This document shows, one piece after another, positions 55,048 through 64,000 of a stretch of 64,000 nucleotides of DNA (within the stretch, counting starts at the first letter, position 1; every line of letters begins with the position of its first letter). Source of the stretch: the human T2T-CHM13v2.0 reference genome, Homo sapiens. Made by a program: the position numbers and the translations under genes. Below the pieces are notes generated by a model. That model was not told where the DNA came from, did no database searches, and saw only the letters and a program-made list of their open reading frames with translations. The DNA lies in the NCBI RefSeq assembly GCF_009914755.1, contig NC_060938.1. One strand, written 5' to 3'.

Positions 55048-56898
55048 CCTATCAGTTTCCTGGGGCTGCTGTAGCAAATTCCCAAAAGCTAGATGGCTTG
55101 AAACAGCAGAAATTAATTCTCTCGTGGTTCTGGAGTCTAGAACTCCAAGATCAAGGTGTGGGCGGGGTTTGTTCCTTCCAAGGGTTGTGAGGGGGGAGCT
55201 GCTCCACGTGTCTCTCCTGGCTTTCAGTGGCTGCTGACCATCCGTCACTCCAATCTCTGCCTCCATTTTCACATGGGCTTCTCCCCTGTGTCTGGGTCTC
55301 TGTGTCCAGATTTCTCTCTACTTCTAATAACACCAGTCATTGGATTAGGGCCTACTCTCATTCGATATGACTTCATTTTAAATGAATTACATCCACAAAG
55401 ATCCTATTTTCTTTTTAAAATTTTTTTTTAATTTTTAATTTTTGTTGGTACATGGTAGGAGTATATATTTATGGGGTTACATGATATGCTTTGATACAGG
55501 CATGCAATGTGAAATAAGCACATCATGGAGAATGGGGTATTCATCCCCTCAAGCATTTGTCCTTTGATTTACAAACAATCCAATTATAACCTTTAAGTTA
55601 TTTTAAAATGTACACTTAAGTTATGATTGACTGTGGTCCCTCTGTTGTGCTATAACATAGTAGGACTTATTCATTCTAACTTTTTTTTGTACCCATTAAT
55701 TGTCCCCACCTCCCTCTGCAATTCCTCCACTACCCTTCCCAGGCTCTGGTAGCCATCCTCTGCTCTCTATGCCCATGAGTTCAACTGTTTTGAGTTTTAG
55801 ATCCCACAAATAAGTGAGAACATGTGATGTTTGTCTTTCTGTGCCTGGCTTATTTCACTTAACATAATGAGCTCCAGTTCCATCCATGTTGTTGCAAATG
55901 ACAAGATCTCATTCTTTTTTATGAGTGAATAGTACTCCATTGTGTATATGTACCACTTTTTCTTCATCCATTCATCAGTTGATGGACATTTAGATTGCTT
56001 CCAAATCTCAGCTACTGTGAACAGTGCTGCAACAAACATGGGAGTGTAGATATCACGTCGATACACTAATTTTCTTTTTTAGGGGTATATACCCAGCAGT
56101 GGGATTGCTGGATCATATGGTAGCTCTATTTTTAGTTTTTTGAGGAACCTCCAAACTGTTCTTCATAGTGCTTGTACTAATTTGCATTCCCACCAACAGT
56201 GAGTGAGGGTTCCCTTTTTTCCACATCCTCATCAGCATTTGTTTTTGCCTATCTTTTGGAAAAAAGCCATTTTAACTGGAGTGAGATGACATCTCATAGC
56301 TTTGATTTGCATTTTTCTGATGATCAGTGATGTTGTGCACCTTTACATGTGCCTGTTTGCCATTTGTGTGTCTTCTTTCGAGAAATGTCTATTTACTTTT
56401 TTTTGCTCATTTTAAAGATCAGATTATTAGATTGTCTTTTCCTATAGAGTTGTTTGAGCTCCTTATATATTCTGGTTATTAATCCCTTGTGAGATGAGTA
56501 GTTTGCAGGTAATTTCTCCCATTCTGTGGGTTGTCTCTTTACTTTGTTGATTGTTCCCTTTGCTGTGCAGAAGCTTTTAACTTGTGATCCCATTTGTCCA
56601 TTTTCACTTTGGTTCCTGGTGCTTGTGGAGTATTGCTCAAGAAATTTTTGCCCAGACAATGTCCTAGAGATTTTCTCCAATGTTTTCTTGTAGTAGTTTC
56701 ATAGTTTGAGGTCTTTAATTCTTTAAGTCTTTAATTTAAGTCTTTAATCCACTTTGGTTTGATTTTTGTATGTGGCGAGACATAGGGATCTATTTCATTT
56801 TTCTGCATGTCTCTTATTTTCAAATAAGGTCACATTTATAGACACTGGAAAGTAGGACTCAAACATACTTTTTGAGGGGTGCTATTTAACCCACAGTA
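55048..56898 (-). mobile_element. MLT1C-like solo LTR split by an L1MA insertion
   Basis: LTR halves 55048-55411 and 56812-56898 join in register (...cctattttc|aaataaggtcacat); TSD ccatc/ccatt. Confidence 0.9.
55412..56811 (-). mobile_element. 5'-truncated L1MA1-3-like element (ORF2 C-terminus plus 3'UTR)
   Basis: Minus-strand ORFs read as the ORF2p C-terminus ([21 protein letters not shown]; TPMFVAALFTVAEIWKQSKCPSTDEW). TSD tcctattttc/tcttattttc. Confidence 0.95.
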
Positions 56899-57973
56899 CC
56901 ATTCTTAATTGGGGATATTGGAAGAGGTGTTAATATAACAGATGAGTTCTATTCTGCCAAGTACTCCGGCTCTTTTATCCTTAGGTCTAATTACAACAAA
57001 ACATGCTTAAGGACAGTCAGAATCAGAGGGCGAGAGGTTTTCAAAAATCTAGACGTGGGACTCTTTAGGTGTACAGTGTCACGCTGAGGCATAAATGCTG
57101 GAAAGGGCAGCCTTGGGATAATTAGAGTTTGACTTGGAGTTTGTTTAGCAGGAAATGTCATATTTGTACTTAAGTTTAGAAGTGATAACCTCGCTGACTA
57201 GTTTGAAATAAAAAAGGGTTCATCATTTTGGTTCAAGTGCTAGTGCTGACCTGATTGTTGAAAAGCATTTTTAAATAGCATAAGATAAAGGTCAAATACT
57301 TCATAACGCTCAAACTTCTGCCAAATGGGGTTGGAAAGATTCGTGATTCCATAGCACACAGGGAAGGTGCTGAATGCTCTACCTACTGCTGTCCTGGCTC
57401 AACCTCTCCAGTCATGGCTCCTTATCTCTTGAATCCCCTGTCACGGAAAGCCTCCACCTCATCAGGCAGCCTTCCTGGCATATCTTTATCTCTGTGCTTT
57501 GTTCTTGCTGTTGTTCCTTTAGCTAGAACTCTAGTCCCTCCCAATGTATTTCTTCTGCCACTGGCCATCTTCCACTCCCTTCCTTGTCCATTTTTCCATG
57601 CAGGCCAAGCTCAAATGCTGCTGTTTCAGGATACAGATGTTCCAATCATTGTTGACAGCAGAATCCTGATGTCACTAGCCAGGGGAGGTCATTCAGTAAT
57701 CAATCAAGTATTTTCGAACCCGTTATGTGGTAGACACAGTGCTAGGTGTAGCGGTGACCATAGAACCTGACTACCTCCTCATCTTTGCCTGGTGGATCTT
57801 GAAGTCTAGTAAGGACTCTAATAACACCTGAAACAGTTATTTTATCTCTGAATGCTATAAAGATGCCATAGAAAAGTTATTGATGTGAGCTGAACTCATG
57901 ATATGGAATTTATTTAATATAGAGTTTACTGAAGAATTAACCTTAGCCCAATTTCATGTGACAAGTTATTACA

Positions 57974-58900
57974 TTGTATTTCCTCGAATATAAGATCTTG
58001 TCTTTTCGAATGTCAATGGTCTTGAAATCAAGCTGCAGCTTAAAATTGATTTTTAAAAGAGCTTGTCCTCTGTGCAAATGTTGCCTCTGCCTGTCAGGTG
58101 CTGTCAACTAATTTGAGTTATTTGACTTGGCAGCACCACCTAGAGTTGGATTTTATCTTAAACTGAATCCCTAATTGTCACTTGCAATGTCTTCAAAAAG
58201 ATTACATTCTAGGGCAATGTTAAAACAGAAGTTATTACAGGCAGAAGGGCCTGAGTACAGATCTGCGGGAGGTAAATTTACTAAGAGTAAAGCCAATAAT
58301 TGTGGCCAGAGGGGTCCCGCACTTTCTCATTGTCTTGAAAAACAACAACCTTTCCTCTGGGCGGTAAGGATGCTAATTCACAACCTATATAGCAAAGCCT
58401 TTGTCTTGTTGTGAGACACGTATAAAACGATGGCACCGGTCAGGCAATGCAGTTAGCTGGCAGCAAGAGAAATCGACTGATCCCTTAGAATGGATTAGAG
58501 AATGGTAAAGCTGGGAGAGTTAGTGTGACCGGCCCATGCTAATGAAGGACGGTGACTTAGGAGTCATGAGTCAGAATCTTGCTGATTTCCAAGAGAAGCT
58601 TTCTACCTTCCAGCAATAGAAACTCAATTAAGAAAAAAACACAATGTTGAGTTTAACCAAATAGGAAACTCAGACAGAGTGCCAATGTTCTTCAATATGC
58701 CTTGAATTAAGGCATTAAAGAATGAAGGTCATGAACAGAAATTATGGAAAACAGCATGTCTCCACACTGCTCTGCATCAATGCCAATGGCCTAAGGTGAG
58801 TGAAACTTCAGACACTGACTTATGTAAGCCCTGGGCTTAAACTTGAATTAAGAAACTAGAGGAGAAGGTGGCATAAATGGGTGACATTGTCATCTAAATT
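57974..58900 (+). mobile_element. TcMar-Tc2 (Kanga/MER104 family) DNA transposon: left end plus decayed pogo-like transposase
   Basis: Terminus ttgtatttcctcgaatataaga resembles CCGTATTTCATCGATTCTAAGA. ATG at 58187 begins MSSKRLH; QIGNSDRVPMFFNMP at 58658-58702; KQHVSTLLCINANG at about 58749-58790. Confidence 0.8.
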
Positions 58901-58980
58901 TTCTTTAATGTACATTTAACAGTGCTACTTAAAAAACAAATATTAATGAATTTAGGGATATTTTATAATGGTTAAAACTA

Positions 58981-60010
<1,030 letters not shown>

Positions 60011-60067
60011 AAACTAAATTAAACTAAAAATGGAAATTCTTGTTGGATTATACTCATATTATTAGCA

Positions 60068-60528
60068 TTTATCACTTAGGGATTTGCATTTGAGTGATAT
60101 GGCAGAAAACCCAAATATCAATGACATAAGCAATATAGGTTTATTGTTCTCATAAAAAGGTAAGTTCAGAAGTAGACAGTGGCCAGCATTAGTTCAGGGC
60201 CAGTGACATCCTGATGTTCTTAGTCTAGTCTTGTTTGTATGGTTGCAATATGGTGCAGTAGTTCCAGCCAACACATCTGTGTTTTGGGCAGGAGGATGGA
60301 AGAAGAGAAAAGGTGCAAAGGAGAAGAATTTGCTCCCTTTGAGGAGCTTTCTTGGAACCCACCCCAAAACTTCTACCTACATCTCACTGACTGGAACTCT
60401 ACGAAAGAGTAGCTGGGGAATGCGGTGGTTATTTGTAAGCTGGGTTCCTTGCTATCTTCTAAAAATTGAGTTTTTTAAGTAAAGAATTCAGGGATAGTGG
60501 ATATCAGTGGGCAACTAGCAGCATCATA
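60068..60528 (-). mobile_element. MLT1J-like LTR
   Basis: cagaaaacccaaata...atggttgcaatatgg...acttctacctacatctcactgactggaact...ggatatcagtgggcaactagcag. Confidence 0.75.
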
Positions 60529-61534
60529 GTACCTTCTTATGACACTATGGAGAGTGTTTCTCTCCATCTGTAATTGCTCAAAGGTCACAATTCAGGAAGA
60601 GAGTCTTCCCTATTTGCGGCTCATATTTCGTGATTTAATACTACACAGATGCACTCAATGATAAAAGCACAAATTAGTTTGTCTTCCCCAATGTGCAGAC
60701 TTTTCTGCACTGCACACTCCACTGTGGTGGAGGGAAAGTTCATGTATCCCTGAGTTTGGCAGGAAGGACAGAATTTTGAAAGTGTTTTAGCTGGAAAAAA
60801 AAATCTTTCTCACTGCACAGAAATCAATAACTGAAAAACCCCTGCTGGATTGCACCATCAAATATCTCCTCTGGCCCTGACACTTGGAGATTTATCTTTA
60901 ACCTTCCATTTTGGCTATTTATGGAATTGAACCAGCCTCTCCACCAAAATAGAAGTTGCATCATTTGATCGCTGAAGTTCCTGCTGGGTTTTCAGTTGTG
61001 TGATCCTCAGTGTTGGCATTCACGGTTTCCTCTTATAGGCTTCTTTGTCTGTTCATCTCTCAGCATTTCTTTATTTCTGTCTTGTGTGATAATTTTCACG
61101 TTTGCATCCACACCATACTGTGGGCTGTTTGAGACCAGTGATCTTCGTTCCTTCATCCCAGCAGCATCCCTTCCATGGGCATCTTGTGGATCCTTATTAA
61201 TACTGCCTAAATAAATGGAGTCTTCTTGTGGAGTTAGGTCCTTGCCTAAGGACGCTGTGGACTATTGAAAGCCTATTCCCTCTGCGTCTCCCAGTGTTGT
61301 TTCTGCCCATGATGATGGTTAGGATGGCAACACCAATAGAATAATGACCACCGTGGACCAAGTTATAAACTAGGTAGCACACATTCTATCTAATCTTTCT
61401 ACAAATCTGAGAGGCAGTGACAGTTGAGAGGGAGCTGATTCCCAGAGAAGTTTAGCCCCTCGGCCAAGGTCACACAATGAGCACTTGGCAGAGCTGGCAA
61501 ACAAACCCAGATTTGACTTCAAAGCTCTGTTTGA

Positions 61535-61822
61535 GGCCGGGCACAGTGGCTCATGCCTGTAATCCCAACACTTTGGGAGGCCGAGGTGAGCAGATCACAA
61601 GGTCAGGAGTTCAAGACCAGCCTGGTCAATATGGTGAAACCCCATCTCTACTAAAAATACAAAAATTAGCTGGGTGTGGTGGCATGCACTTGTAGTCCCA
61701 GCTACTCAGGAGGCTGAGGCAGAAGAATCGCTTGAACCCAGGACAGAGGTTGCAGTGAGCCGAGATCATTCCACTGTACTCCAGCCTGGATTACAGAGTG
61801 AGACTCCATCTCCAAAAAAAAA
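61535..61822 (+). mobile_element. AluSg-like, inserted at the end of an antisense MIR (about 61330-61534)
   Basis: gatcacaaggtcaggagttcaagaccagcc; TSD aaagctctgtttga/aaggctccatttga. Confidence 0.96.
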
Positions 61823-62724
61823 GGCTCCATTTGATTGAACTCAGGATAGCTCATCTTGCACTTTCACACTTTCACGGACTAGACATTGACTTGTAGTGTG
61901 TTGTGGTTGTTGCGGAGGAAATGGAGACATTCCTTCTGAACTTAGAGCTAGGAACAATAACGGCTTGGAAAGAGCATTCATATTTGTTAAAATGCACTCC
62001 TTAGCTACAATCTCATACTGTTTCCTAGAAAGAAATATCTTGCATACTGTCAAACCTCCCACAAAGATTTTCACATGTCTCCAAAGCTTAACAAATAAAT
62101 ATCATTGTCTTATTTGACATGCTGATCCCACGTGTTTTCTGGCCGGTGAAAATATCCAACTAAGGAAGGCTGGAGCATTTTAGTTCAAAGATGTTTGTCA
62201 AAGCCCTCAGTCTCTGTAGAGCACCTTCAGGGGAGAGGGAATCAGCCGAGTGATGCCCGTCGTCGTGGATGTCCAGCACTTTACAATTCAGAGAACACCT
62301 TGCCTCCAATATCTCTGTTGTTTTGCTTCCCTTGAAAGGTAGAAAGGTCATGTGAGGTAACAGTGGGTTGAACAATCTATTCATGGGCATAGACAGAGTA
62401 AGAGGCAGCTTTTGCCACAACTCAGCTCCAGGACTCCGACTCTCATGATCTGTCCCCACTCCAGGCTGCTGTGGCTACAGAAAAAAAAAAATTCAAAGTC
62501 CTGTGCAACTATCTTTGTTTCCTCAGTGAGCCACAGACAGCAAGCATAAAAGCATTTTTCATTTGAGCCTGGGCCGCCTAGAATCCCTGGATGTGGACTG
62601 CCCAGGTGGGGTTCTGGGCACCTGTGTGTATGTGGCTGACCTGGCCCTTGGCTGACCAATCGCCATACAGCAGAGCTGGGCCTAAGCAGAGCCCGGTGGA
62701 CCAGGCCAGGAAAATGAAGAGGTG

Positions 62725-62860
62725 GCTTCGGTTTTGTGTCAGCCACTAACTCACTGCGTGACCTTGAACAAGCCCCTCTCTTTCTGTGTGTCTCCGTCTC
62801 CTTATCTGCAAAACTAAGGGTTTATAATCAATCCTGGCCAAGCTTCTTTCAGCTCCGACA
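62725..62860 (+). mobile_element. MIR core
   Basis: gccactaactcactgcgtgaccttgaacaag...ccttatctgcaaaa. Confidence 0.72.
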
Positions 62861-63029
62861 ACCCACAGTACTGGGACCTGATCCCAGGTCATGCTTACCC
62901 ACAGTGGGAGGGAGGTTGGCCTTCCGGGCTCTCTACCATGTGCAGATTCCGATCACAATACCTGCCTCTCATCTTCTTTCCCATATTCCCCCCACTCTGC
63001 TCATAGCAGAGCCTCTCTAGTCTTTATTT

Positions 63030-63890
63030 TGATACTTTAGGAGCAAGTAAGAGAAAACCGGACTCAAACCATTTTTAATAAAAAAATGTAATGGGTTTGT
63101 GCATCTGAAAAGTTCAGCAGCTCAGGGGACACAACCAGGACCCTGTTTCTCTCAGTATCTCCAGGTTCCACTTGTTTGGTGTTTGCGTTCTTCTCAGGAT
63201 GAGTCTTTCTTCATGGTTTCAAGATAGCCCCTGCCTCTTGGGAAGACGTGCTTCCTTGTTTATCCTCAAAGATGGGAGGTGGGGGTGCAGTGAGAAAGCA
63301 TCTCCTTGTACTACCATCCAACAAAACCCTGGGCTTTTGGCTGGGCATGGTAGCTCATTCCTGTAATCCCAACACTTTGGTAGGCTGAAGCAGGAGGATT
63401 GCTTGGGCCCAGGAGGTCAAGGTTGCAGTGAGTTGTGATCGCACCACTGCACTCCATCCAGCTTGGTCAACAGAGCAAGACTTCGTCCTGATAAAAAATT
63501 AACAAATTAACTGGGTATGGTGATGTATACCTATAGTCCCAGCTACTGGGGAGGCTGAGGTGGGAGGATCGCTGGAGCCCAAGAATTCAAGGTTGTAGTG
63601 AGTTAGGATCATGCCGCTGCACTCCAGCCTGAACAACAGAGTGAGACCCTGTCTCTACAACAAACAAACAAAACCCTGGGCTCTCACCTAACTGGTTCCA
63701 TGTATGACACATGCTCAGTCCTGAGCCTGAAGAATAACTGTACTAATTAGTTTAGGCCTAAACCCTGTGCCCTCCCCTAGAACCAGAGGTGAGCCTGCCT
63801 CACTGAAACACAAGCTCCACTAAGGAAGGGGTTCAGCTAAACAACTGGGGTGCAGGTGCCATCAGAAAAGAATGGGTATTGGGTGGTTCT
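63030..63890 (-). mobile_element. Old MLT1K/L-like LTR split by an Alu
   Basis: gcaagtaagagaaaaccggactcaaac...catctgaaaagttcag...caggaccctgtttctctc...catggtttcaagatagcc. Confidence 0.6.
63339..63666 (+). mobile_element. Atypical AluJ-type dimer in which both arms carry the right-arm insert
   Basis: Two monomers joined by an A-rich linker; 16-bp TSD aacaaaaccctgggct (63320-63335 and 63667-63682). Confidence 0.9.
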
Positions 63891-64000
63891 GATCACCAGA
63901 CGGGCCTTACAATGGCCCTTTGTTGGTATATTGGTACCAATACCAATTGGTACCTTGGGTGGTATATTAGTTTCTGATGGCTTCTGTTGAAAGAAATTAC

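Noticed and set aside
56710-56750. gtctttaa tandem copies
   Set aside because: This is local slippage inside an L1 copy.
58128-58150. CTCF-like motif (reverse complement ctctaggtggtgctgc)
   Set aside because: It has three mismatches to the core consensus, which is too weak without data.

Overview
This is primate, most likely human, non-coding genomic DNA. It is CpG-depleted with no CpG island and is densely packed with interspersed repeats. I find about 13 Alus (J, S and Y types) and about 21 solo LTRs (MST/THE1/MLT1 MaLR, MLT2, LTR16, and an ERV1-type LTR). There are many L1 fragments, including a ~5.8 kb 5'-intact but 3'-truncated old L1M, plus abundant L2 and MIR, several hAT MITEs and a Tc2/Kanga (pogo-like) transposase fossil. 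I can support no intact protein-coding gene, RNA gene or CRISPR array; the supplied ORFs are chance, Alu-derived or L1-derived frames. I cannot name the locus. Repeat subfamily names come from my recollection of consensus sequences and need a RepeatMasker/Dfam run. I see no evidence of a new multi-gene system. The most unusual observations are mechanistic and regulatory. (1) An L1 insertion at 8342-8644 carries the target site three times, once inverted in the middle of the insert. (2) An AP-1 x3 / ETS / M-box motif cluster sits in an old LTR at ~42980-43127. (3) An Alu at 63339-63666 has the right-arm 31-nt insert in its left arm. (4) A Kanga transposase remnant is still readable across three domains. 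(5) There is a classic twin-primed L1, close inverted Alu pairs and two candidate non-coding exons.
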